Shown: positions 7,728 through 15,844 of the stretch, piece after piece | How positions within the stretch are numbered: the first letter of the stretch is position 1 | How the letters are laid out: every line of letters begins with the position of its first letter | From: Patescibacteria group bacterium | Lineage (GTDB): Bacteria > Patescibacteriota > Patescibacteriia > Patescibacteriales > BM507 | Length of the DNA: 64,000 nt | Assembly (NCBI GenBank): GCA_027858235.1 | Contig: JAQIDC010000055.1 | Coordinates: 29,826 to 93,825, forward strand | Direction of reading: 5' to 3' | Made by a program: the position numbers and the translations under genes | Notes under the pieces: generated by a model | Told to the model about the DNA's origin: nothing | What the model saw: the letters and a program-made list of their open reading frames with translations, nothing else | The model's database searches: none

Positions 7728-8792
7728 TTATTTATGTCTTTCATTGTCTTGATATTTTGATGCTTTCTTGCCTATCCATTTCCAAAAACGGACTTTTCCT
7801 TCAGCAAAAGACGAACCAAGCAGACCAAAGACAAAACCAAGAGGTTTCCCTATGAGAAAATAGAGGACTAAAAGAAGATATCTCCAAGATTTAATCTTAA
7901 CGAGAAGAGCTAGAATTATTAATAATATAAAAGCATAAAGAGCCATTAGCATCCAAGGCCAAATCCCAAAATCAGGAGCAGCGGCTCCCATTTCTCCAGC
8001 TGGAGATATTGTGAATGTTTTATCATCAGTTTTAATAATTTCGTTATCTTTGTATACTTTTATTAAAGCCCAATATTGACCTGGATCTAGATTAACAGGG
8101 AAAGTCGCCTCAACATCGGCAACCTCAAAAGGACCAACTTTATCAAAGCTTTTATCATCTAATGAAGCTAGAGTTTTTTTCTTTGAGATATCGGTTATGT
8201 CAATATGGACCCTAGATGGTGCGACATCTAAATTCCCAAGATTCTCAAGAGTCATCACAGCCTTTAGCCTATAAAAAAACCATGAAAATATTTTCATATT
8301 CCATGGAAAACTTAACTGTTCAAAATTATCGATTTCAATTTTTCTGATTTTAAAATCAAAAATTGTTAAATTTGACACTGTTAAATCAATATCAACTCGG
8401 GCACCAAGGGCAATTGCAACTCCGCCAGTTTTTTTATCTTTTGGAGAAATTCTTATATTTATAAAACCTTTATAAACATCCAGGGTTGCATCTTGAGGAA
8501 CATCAACAACAACGACCATTAGAACCTGAAGTTTGCCTTTGGGTAGGTCAAAAATTTTTCCTTCTTTGATGGATATCCAAGAAGCAATCTCTGGGGCATT
8601 TATAACTACAGTTGCCTCTAAGTCTTCATCTGCTGCGGATCTCAACAGCGTGATTTGTTGTTCAAAGTGAGTCCCTGGAGTCAACTTATCTGATCTTACA
8701 TAGGGTGGTGAGATACCAAAACCAGCGCTAACAGCTGTAGCCTGAAAAAAAATAGATGAAACTATTAAGATTGATAGTAATTTTTTGAACAT
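7728..8792 (-). CDS. DUF916/DUF3324-like surface protein with C-terminal TM anchors
   Basis: 354 aa. Signal peptide ends ...ATAVSAGFGISPPYV. Shares motifs with 54202..57466 paralogs (ENLGNLDVAPSRVHIDITD versus NTGNVHLQPKGNIVIKD). Has C-terminal hydrophobic helices. Confidence 0.45.
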   Translation of the reverse strand: MFKKLLSILIVSSIFFQATAVSAGFGISPPYVRSDKLTPGTHFEQQITLLRSAADEDLEATVVINAPEIASWISIKEGKIFDLPKGKLQVLMVVVVDVPQDATLDVYKGFINIRISPKDKKTGGVAIALGARVDIDLTVSNLTIFDFKIRKIEIDNFEQLSFPWNMKIFSWFFYRLKAVMTLENLGNLDVAPSRVHIDITDISKKKTLASLDDKSFDKVGPFEVADVEATFPVNLDPGQYWALIKVYKDNEIIKTDDKTFTISPAGEMGAAAPDFGIWPWMLMALYAFILLIILALLVKIKSWRYLLLVLYFLIGKPLGFVFGLLGSSFAEGKVRFWKWIGKKASKYQDNERHK

Positions 8793-8943
8793 TAAATAAC
8801 TAAAATAACTAAAATATTTAGCATTACAATTTAAAAATAAATCATTTTTGAAAGTAAATTTTTTTACTAAAAATTAGCAAAAAACAGCTTATGAACTTTT
8901 CTACTGTTACTAATAATATACTATAAAACAAAAAATAAATCAA

Positions 8944-8976
8944 CAAAAAAGATGGTCTCATGTGACCATCTTTTTC
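8944..8976 (-). terminator. Rho-independent terminator downstream of 8997..10769
   Basis: Stem GATGGTC (8951..8957) pairs with GACCATC (8964..8970), extended by A/T runs on both sides. It lies 21 nt past the stop. Confidence 0.6.
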
Positions 8977-8996
8977 TATATATATTATAGTATTTT

Positions 8997-10769
8997 TTAC
9001 CACTCACCGGCTACATTATCATCAAGAACTGCTGTAAAAGTATTTAAGCCCGTGTAATCACCTGAGAGAATAATTGGAACTGCTATCCCCCAGTAAATAT
9101 CGTCTTCAACGTCTGTTACGCTTGTTGGTCTTGGCACAGCAGTATCAACAAGAATTTGTGAGGATGAGGCGATTGGAGTGCTTCCAACACCATAATCAAA
9201 ATTTGCTAAATCAAACTGCTGGTTTAAGGCAGGAATAGATTCTGGACCAATACCATCTCTAAGCATGTCTTCACCTATCAATTGAGTGTCTAGAGGGGTG
9301 TTCCCAGCATTAACAATAGTCGTAGTAGCATTGTCTGTGCCTGAATCAGTATTTGCGACTAAAGAGCCGTAGGCAATTTCAGCTTCATTTACTTCTATAC
9401 CCAAGGTAGCATTCAAATCTACTCCAGAAGAACTTGAGGCATAAGATGCCGCTTCATCAAAAGCTCTAATTGAAGCCAGCCAATCGGTATCCCAGTTTGG
9501 ATTTGCATCCAAGCCAGTACCACTTGTTGGGAGGGCAAAATATGCTAGATCTGCTGAGCATTGAACATCAACATCAACGTCAACTCCACCTGTACAACCA
9601 GTAACCGTACAAGCAACCGGAATCGGATAACAATCATTGTCATCTTGAGAACAATCAGCTCCACCAGTCGCATCAGACCAATAAATTGTCCCTGTTGCCG
9701 ATGATATATCGCCGCATCCATTATCATCTGTTACAGAAGTTGAGCTAGCATAAACAGCAATATTTGATGCTCCTTTTAGGTTTAAGGTAATTGGATTACC
9801 GTCATTTAGTAAAACTGAAGAGACTGACGGCGTAGCATTAGCGATAGTATAGTTGCTAGTTTGAGAATTTCCAGTTGATGGTAAATCCCCTTCATCTTTT
9901 ACAAAAGCCCAATAATTATAAGAAACATCATCTAGAGGGACCGTACTAGTCCAAGAGCAACTTGCATCTGGTGAGGTTGAAGTCGCTGTACAGAGAGTTG
10001 TTGCATCACATCCCGCCACTGTCCAAGAGTCAGTAGAACAAACATAGATAGATAAAACATCCACACCACCAACAATATCTGAATCAGTAGTTGAGGCTAG
10101 AAAAGTAAAATCATCACCTGGGACTTGATTGTCTACAGTTGTAGTAACCTCAGAGAACAATGGTGCATGATTTATATGAAAAGGTGTCCCAGGGTCTCCT
10201 GTTCCACTATTTGAAGAAACTGAACAAGCAGCTTCATCACTGTGATTATCACAAACATATGCAACCCAAGCCTGAGTCTCTGCTACTATAGAAGCTTCAA
10301 CGGTATACGAACAAGAAGCTTGCACGGTTGAAGAAGCTACTGCAGAAACACAAAATTGTTTTGCTCCTCCTCCAGTACAGCTTGGTGCTGATCCTCCAGC
10401 TCCAGGTGTTGCTCCATCTATATCACAAACTAGTAAATAGTAGTCATTGCTTTCAGCATCATCGCCAGTTCCTATAAAAGTTACATCGCTTCCTACATTC
10501 ACAGGAGAAGTTGAAGCTGAAGCTGGACTCTCTGCTGCGACCCCTGTAAATGTTGGGGGGGCGTTTTGAACAGTAACTGTTGTAGTCGCTGTATCATCGG
10601 TTTGTGCTTCCACTTCTGGAATATCAACGCTTATACCTATCCTATCTCCTGTTTTATTAACACCTATATCAAAATTAAAAACTAAACCAATCACTGACAT
10701 ACTCAACAAAGATAATATCAAGAAAAAAGGTAAAGAATGTTTAAATTTCTTTTTTATAATTTTAGCCAT
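8997..10769 (-). CDS. Secreted/anchored protein homologous to the C-terminal roughly 520 aa of the giant protein (free-standing 'tip' module)
   Basis: 590 aa with N-terminal signal-anchor LPFFLILSLLSMSVIGLVF. From QNAPPTFTG onward it aligns colinearly with the giant protein from NTAPAFTVNP to its end (HINHAPLF/VINHPPVF, SGTDNATTTIVNAGNTP/SGTDNATTTIVNLGNSP, DDIYWGIAVP/DQLFWGIGIP). Confidence 0.7.
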   Translation of the reverse strand: MAKIIKKKFKHSLPFFLILSLLSMSVIGLVFNFDIGVNKTGDRIGISVDIPEVEAQTDDTATTTVTVQNAPPTFTGVAAESPASASTSPVNVGSDVTFIGTGDDAESNDYYLLVCDIDGATPGAGGSAPSCTGGGAKQFCVSAVASSTVQASCSYTVEASIVAETQAWVAYVCDNHSDEAACSVSSNSGTGDPGTPFHINHAPLFSEVTTTVDNQVPGDDFTFLASTTDSDIVGGVDVLSIYVCSTDSWTVAGCDATTLCTATSTSPDASCSWTSTVPLDDVSYNYWAFVKDEGDLPSTGNSQTSNYTIANATPSVSSVLLNDGNPITLNLKGASNIAVYASSTSVTDDNGCGDISSATGTIYWSDATGGADCSQDDNDCYPIPVACTVTGCTGGVDVDVDVQCSADLAYFALPTSGTGLDANPNWDTDWLASIRAFDEAASYASSSSGVDLNATLGIEVNEAEIAYGSLVANTDSGTDNATTTIVNAGNTPLDTQLIGEDMLRDGIGPESIPALNQQFDLANFDYGVGSTPIASSSQILVDTAVPRPTSVTDVEDDIYWGIAVPIILSGDYTGLNTFTAVLDDNVAGEW

Positions 10770-10837
10770 GGGGACTATTTAAATTTTAATTAATAACTTA
10801 TATTTCTGTAGATATACTTATCCACAATATTAATATT

Positions 10838-10846
10838 ATTATAACA
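10838..10846 (-). promoter_or_regulatory. Extended -10 box TGTTATAAT (minus strand) for 8997..10769
   Basis: Plus-strand ATTATAACA is TGTTATAAT on the minus strand. TTGACA occurs a few nt upstream but is too close to act as a -35. Confidence 0.45.
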
Positions 10847-10887
10847 CATTTTGTCAAAAACCTACAATCATTATCTTAATAAAAATA

Positions 10888-11355
10888 TTAGCTAGCTTTA
10901 AAGCTTTTTACAACATCTTCTATGTTATCTATTATCTTATAATAAATATTATCATCTAAATTTTTTGTTTCATGCTCAGAAAATACAAAATCAGAAATAC
11001 TATTTGAGCCTATTATTTCATCTCCTTCTGAAAATTCTGATTTTTCTTTATGGAAAATACTAAATAAACTTATTTCATCACTTACTCCTCTCACAAAATA
11101 AAAAGTGACGGTATCCCCTTGTTCTTTTATCCTATAGTTTCCTTCCCAATAATCAGGGATGGCTAGGCTTGCTTTGTTTAAACCAGCAAGAAAAAAATTT
11201 ACACGAGAATATGTAGTTACGATTTCTGCATTCTCCTTCTCTGGAATACCCCAGGCTTCATTTTTTTGATTATTGTTTTTATTATTATAAGAAAAAAGTA
11301 GTAAAATTATTATTACTGTTAGTCCTAATGTAATTATTGCTTTTTTTATTGTCAT
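10888..11355 (-). CDS. Small N-terminally anchored hypothetical protein
   Basis: The ORF-track start at 11379 is TTG. The ATG at 11355 (MTIKKAIITLGLTVIIILLLF) lies 1 nt after the permease stop and gives a clean signal-anchor. No recognisable motif. Confidence 0.45.
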   Translation of the reverse strand: MTIKKAIITLGLTVIIILLLFSYNNKNNNQKNEAWGIPEKENAEIVTTYSRVNFFLAGLNKASLAIPDYWEGNYRIKEQGDTVTFYFVRGVSDEISLFSIFHKEKSEFSEGDEIIGSNSISDFVFSEHETKNLDDNIYYKIIDNIEDVVKSFKAS

Positions 11356-11356
11356 A

Positions 11357-12553
11357 TTAACTATATCTAATAGCTTCAAGTGGGCTAAGCTTGGCTGCTC
11401 TTTGGGCTGGGAAAAGGCCAGTTAAAAATCCCATTACAGCTGAAAATATTGCTATAAAAGTAAGGAAGGGTATCGGAAATCTAAACAGAGAGATTGCTGT
11501 CCCACCCATTTTGAGTGCAATTGAATTTAGGAGAAAATTAACAGCCAATCCACCACCAACTCCGATTCCCATCCCCACAATCCCTCCCAAAAATCCCATA
11601 ATAACTGACTCTGTTAAAAATAGAGTTTTAATGGCCGATGGTGACCCGCCTATGGTTCTCATAATTCCTATCTCTTTTGTGCGTTCCAAGAGCGTAACTG
11701 TCATGGTGTTAAACATACCAATGGCCGATACGATTAAAGCAATTCCACCAAAGGTAGCAAGAGTAGCCTGGATTCCTTTAAAAATTTTATTAGCCTGATC
11801 AACTGTTTTAGATAGGGCGGTTACCATAAATCCCTTGTCTAGAATTTGAGCTTCTGCCGTATCTAAAAATTCATTACTGACGATCTTCACTCTAGCTTTT
11901 TCATAATAAGGTATTGCAAAATTATCTTCAAACTCAGTTAATGGAATATAGGCAAACAATGAAGCCTGGTCATCAACAACAGCTGATATTATATATTCTC
12001 TAGACATTGGTACTTCAATAACATCTTCTGAGTCTAGTTTTGGAATAAATACTTTAAATCGAACCCCCTGACCGATAGCATCTTCTGGTTCTATTCCAAA
12101 AAGTTTTAAAACTGCGGCCGATATAGCAATTTTATTTTTGTCTCCCTCAACGTACATTGATCCTTCGGCTGCTATTACGCCAGCGTAAGAAAAGTATGCT
12201 GGTCTAGCTCCTTGCAACATAATACTTCCTGTTAAATCTCCCAAGGTAACGAGGGAAGTAAAACTAGCCATGGGTTCAACTGCTTCAACGTTGTCTAGCT
12301 GATAGAATTCTTCTACCATTTCATCATCAATAATAACTACTTTCGATGGAGGGGTTCCTACATTTAAACTGAGAAGTGCTTCGCCAAATACAATCTTTTC
12401 AAGCAATACTCCCTGCAAACCATACCCAAGGCCAACCAAAACAACTACGGCGGCAATACCAACCCCAATACCAACGATTGTCAACCAAGTCCTTGCTGGC
12501 TTGGTCTTAAACATTCTTGTTGACAATTTTAATGAATCTTGAACTCTAATCAT
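11357..12553 (-). CDS. ABC transporter permease, FtsX/MacB type (4 TM with large extracytoplasmic domain)
   Basis: 398 aa. N-terminus LSTRMFKTKPARTWLTIVGIGVGIAAVVVLVGLG, then a loop of about 220 aa, then a C-terminal FtsX-like 3-TM block (RTKEIGIMRTIGGSPSAI...). Confidence 0.8.
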   Translation of the reverse strand: MIRVQDSLKLSTRMFKTKPARTWLTIVGIGVGIAAVVVLVGLGYGLQGVLLEKIVFGEALLSLNVGTPPSKVVIIDDEMVEEFYQLDNVEAVEPMASFTSLVTLGDLTGSIMLQGARPAYFSYAGVIAAEGSMYVEGDKNKIAISAAVLKLFGIEPEDAIGQGVRFKVFIPKLDSEDVIEVPMSREYIISAVVDDQASLFAYIPLTEFEDNFAIPYYEKARVKIVSNEFLDTAEAQILDKGFMVTALSKTVDQANKIFKGIQATLATFGGIALIVSAIGMFNTMTVTLLERTKEIGIMRTIGGSPSAIKTLFLTESVIMGFLGGIVGMGIGVGGGLAVNFLLNSIALKMGGTAISLFRFPIPFLTFIAIFSAVMGFLTGLFPAQRAAKLSPLEAIRYS

Positions 12554-12566
12554 ATTTATATAAATA

Positions 12567-12692
12567 AACTCTAAATTCTAATATCTAAACTCTAAACAAT
12601 ATCTAAACTCAAAATTCTAATATCAAAACAGTTTTGAACATTTGTATTTTAACATTAGGATTTATTTAGGATTTAGGATTTAGTGCTTAGAT
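12567..12692. repeat. Long AT-rich intergenic palindrome (family copy 2)
   Basis: Left arm of TCTAAA-type units (12567..12620), centre AAACAGTTTTGAAC (12626..12639), and right arm TTAGGATTTATTTAGGATTTAGGATTTAGTGCTTAGA (12655..12692). Lies downstream of the stop at 12751. Confidence 0.7.
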
Positions 12693-12750
12693 TTTTTTAA
12701 ACATTAAATATCGTAAAATTTAATTAAAAACTATAAATTTAAAAATAAAC

Positions 12751-14073
12751 TTAATGGGCCGCCTTCACTTCAAGCCCTTGAGTAATTAATTTTTCAAAAT
12801 ATTCTGTCACATTTCTGGCGGACACTTTACTAAAACCGACTCCCCCTTTTTTTGTACTCGCTTTTAATTTCTTATAAAAATCTTCTTTACGGGAAACACC
12901 AGATATTCTCTCCCTAACAGCTTCTCGCATCATCCTTAGTCTGTAGGGGGTCATTTCTCCTTTATATTCTTCTAAAACATATTTAGTTAATTTATTTACT
13001 ACTCTGTCTTCCTTGGAAAAGAAAATATTGTGCTCAAATCTTCGTCTATATCTTCTAACATCTTCTGATTGATTTATAATATGTTCAACTTTTTCAGACA
13101 TTGTTTCAGAAACTGACTCAGATAAACCAACGCCTCCTTCTAAATATTTCCTTGAGAGTTCCTTCATAAATTCATCTTTGCCCATCTTCCTTTCAACCAT
13201 TTTCCCAATTAACTCTTCTAACCTTATTATCTTATCAAAGCTTATATCTTGTGTTAAATAATTTACTAAAGATTTTACCTTTAGTACAACAGGGGTGTCA
13301 TATGGATACATTTTTGAAAGCTGATCCATTTCTGAAACAAATGTTTTTTGTCTATCTACTTTTGCAATTTGTTTTTTGTCAGGATTTGGAACAATTCTTT
13401 TTAATTTACCATCTCCCATATAAAAAACTCGATGCGAATACATAAGCTGGGCAGCATTATGAGTGATTAAAATAATTGTTGTTTTTTCTGTTTCATTAAT
13501 TTCAGCCAACAAATCCATAACTTGCTTTGTCGAAACTGAATCGAGATTCCCCGTCGGTTCATCCGCTAGAAGAATCTTTGGATTATTTACCATTGCCCGA
13601 GCAACAGAAACCCTCTGCATCTGTCCACCAGAGAGATCGGCTGGGAATTTACCCCCTTGGCCAGTTAAACTTACTCTCTCTAGGAGCTCGTTTCCTCTTT
13701 TTTTTCTTTTTTTCTCATTGTATCCAAGAAAAGTTAAGGGCAGGGATATATTATCAATAACTGAAAGAGAATTTATTAAGAAAAATGCTTGATAAATAAT
13801 TCCAATGGTTTTCGCTTGAAAATCCACCATTTGATCTGGAGTATATGTATAGGGATTATCTCCATTCACATAAAGCTCCCCAGCTGAAGGTTCTAGAATT
13901 CCAAGGATAGAATAAAAAATAGTTGATTTACCACAACCAGAAGGACCAAAAAAAGATATAACCTCTCCTTCATATATTTCTGAAGTTACTCCCCTGGTTG
14001 CCTTAAATTCATTTTCCTTACCAAGGTTATAAGTAATTTCTAGGCCTTTAGTTTTAATTATTGGTTGTGGCAT
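12751..14073 (-). CDS. ABC transporter ATP-binding protein (MacB/LolD-like) with a roughly 210-aa C-terminal extension
   Basis: Walker A GPSGCGKST, signature LSGGQMQRVSVARA, Walker B ILLADEPTGNLD. Residues from about 230 to 440 are an extra helical, charged region containing an internal duplication. Confidence 0.85.
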   Translation of the reverse strand: MPQPIIKTKGLEITYNLGKENEFKATRGVTSEIYEGEVISFFGPSGCGKSTIFYSILGILEPSAGELYVNGDNPYTYTPDQMVDFQAKTIGIIYQAFFLINSLSVIDNISLPLTFLGYNEKKRKKRGNELLERVSLTGQGGKFPADLSGGQMQRVSVARAMVNNPKILLADEPTGNLDSVSTKQVMDLLAEINETEKTTIILITHNAAQLMYSHRVFYMGDGKLKRIVPNPDKKQIAKVDRQKTFVSEMDQLSKMYPYDTPVVLKVKSLVNYLTQDISFDKIIRLEELIGKMVERKMGKDEFMKELSRKYLEGGVGLSESVSETMSEKVEHIINQSEDVRRYRRRFEHNIFFSKEDRVVNKLTKYVLEEYKGEMTPYRLRMMREAVRERISGVSRKEDFYKKLKASTKKGGVGFSKVSARNVTEYFEKLITQGLEVKAAH

Positions 14074-14076
14074 ATT

Positions 14077-14155
14077 TTAGTTAAAAGTTAAAAGTGTAAA
14101 GTTAAAAGTTTTTTAAAATACTACTTTCAACTTTCATCTTTTAACTTTCTACTTA
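14077..14155. repeat. AT-rich intergenic palindrome (variant sequence, same placement)
   Basis: GTTAAAAGTTAAAAGTGTAAAGTTAAAAG pairs imperfectly with the reverse complement of TTTCAACTTTCATCTTTTAACTTTC. It fills the gap between the stop at 14159 and the start at 14073. Confidence 0.6.
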
Positions 14156-14158
14156 TTT

Positions 14159-15787
14159 CTACATTTTTATATTCTTAACCCATCCGAATGTTCCTTCGAA
14201 GTTCTTTAGAATTATATCAATAATACTTTCCTCTCTAGACGGAGTTAACATTGTAAAATCTTGAGATTTTGCCATATTTTGTGCATCATCATGGCAAACT
14301 ATCCAAAACTTGTATACATTAGCTGGAAGAAAGTTAGTAACGACCTGTACATGGTCAGACACATAGTCCTTTTCCTCTGGGAGTATTTCGTCTCCATCTA
14401 ATGACACAATGCCTCTGTGATAATTAAGCTGACATTTTGAGGCCTCATCGGTTTCATAGGAAATTATAGTCTGAACTTTATTGTCTGAACCTGGGTACAG
14501 GGTTGATTCTGTATTTACTTTTGTTATTAGTGGTGGTTCAGCATCCCTAGTTGTAATAAAAGTTAGGGGGTCGGAAACAGATTTTTCATTTTGTTCATTT
14601 TCTACTGTAACGACCACGGAGTAATAGGTATCAAAAATAAGATTATTTAATTTAATCATATGACTACTTAAATAAGCTGACTGACCTTCTAACTTGGACT
14701 CTCCTGTATTTAGGTTTGTGTATTCTATGATAGCAGCAGTTGGGATATTCGTTGAAAAAGCTATGGTTGCCGAAGTTTCCTCTACTTTAGAAAGACTTAA
14801 GTTCTGAATAATCGGCAAGACAGACTTGGTCATAAATGTGCCGTCACTGCTTTTGGCTTCTTGATCTAGAATGGTTTTTGAGGATACTTGAAAATGATAA
14901 GTAGTGGCTGGCTCTAATCCAGTTATTTCAATTCTATGCTCCAAAACAGTTTCATCTGGCTCTCCTTCATTCCAGGTGTATGGATCATCAGCTTCATAAT
15001 TAAAGGTTTCATCAAGAGCAAGAGATACTATTGAGTTTGCCTCTTTGTTTGTTTGCCAATAAATAATTGCATAATCTGTTCCCACTTCAATATTAGCATT
15101 GTCTAGTATGATAGATAGTTCGCTCGCAACATCCTCGGCAACAGCCTGAATATGCTCTTCAATAATTTCCAATGTTTTCTCTTCTTGCACTTGTTCTATT
15201 TTTTCTAGAATTTGCATTAAGAGTTCTTTCTCTTCTATCTCTTCTACTTCCTCGAGTTGTTCCATGTCAACGTCAATTTTAACATTTCCCTCTTGATCAA
15301 CTCCTGAAATATCGTCTCCAAACATTTCTGAACAAACCGACAAAATATCATCTTCTAGGTTCCCGTAGGCATAGTCCCTGTCGTATTCAGTTTGGAAAGT
15401 AAAGTCATTGGATAATTTTTGATTACCAGACTCGTCGGTAGAAGTAATCCTAAAAAAATACTGCATATTAGGGATAAGATCCGCCAAAAGTATCTCGTGT
15501 TCTGTTTTATCAAAATGAGGGCTCCTCGAAACTCCGTAATTTTTATCTAAACCATAATTAATTAATGAATCTGTTTCTTCATCTGTTTTCCATTTAATTA
15601 AAGTGGATGTCGCGGTAACATCAGAAACTACTATTTCAGAAATATCTGGAGTGGTCTCGTCATCAGCAGCCTCTGCCAAATTTACTTTTTGCATTTGCAT
15701 AAATACAAAAATACCCAAACCTAAAACTAATAGACTGGCTACTACAAACATTACTAGATTTACGATAAAAAATTGTTTTGCTTTCAT
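14159..15787 (-). CDS. N-terminally anchored protein with about four FN3-like domains and an acidic coiled-coil spacer
   Basis: 542 aa with a strong SD (AAGGAGGAA). TM helix FFIVNLVMFVVASLLVLGLGIFVF. The FN3-like block SDVTATSTLIKWKTDEETDSLINYG...YFFRITSTDESGN recurs (ATIAFSTN..., AIIYWQTN...). The central segment is E-rich (EQLEEVEEIEEKELL). Confidence 0.6.
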   Translation of the reverse strand: MKAKQFFIVNLVMFVVASLLVLGLGIFVFMQMQKVNLAEAADDETTPDISEIVVSDVTATSTLIKWKTDEETDSLINYGLDKNYGVSRSPHFDKTEHEILLADLIPNMQYFFRITSTDESGNQKLSNDFTFQTEYDRDYAYGNLEDDILSVCSEMFGDDISGVDQEGNVKIDVDMEQLEEVEEIEEKELLMQILEKIEQVQEEKTLEIIEEHIQAVAEDVASELSIILDNANIEVGTDYAIIYWQTNKEANSIVSLALDETFNYEADDPYTWNEGEPDETVLEHRIEITGLEPATTYHFQVSSKTILDQEAKSSDGTFMTKSVLPIIQNLSLSKVEETSATIAFSTNIPTAAIIEYTNLNTGESKLEGQSAYLSSHMIKLNNLIFDTYYSVVVTVENEQNEKSVSDPLTFITTRDAEPPLITKVNTESTLYPGSDNKVQTIISYETDEASKCQLNYHRGIVSLDGDEILPEEKDYVSDHVQVVTNFLPANVYKFWIVCHDDAQNMAKSQDFTMLTPSREESIIDIILKNFEGTFGWVKNIKM

Positions 15788-15809
15788 TTCCTCCTTGGGT
15801 TATTTATTC

Positions 15810-15818
15810 ATTATAACA
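15810..15818 (-). promoter_or_regulatory. Extended -10 box TGTTATAAT (minus strand) between the giant gene and 14159..15787
   Basis: Plus-strand ATTATAACA, 23 nt upstream of the ATG at 15787. Confidence 0.4.
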
Positions 15819-15844
15819 GATTTTATGTTTATTTTAAAAATTAT

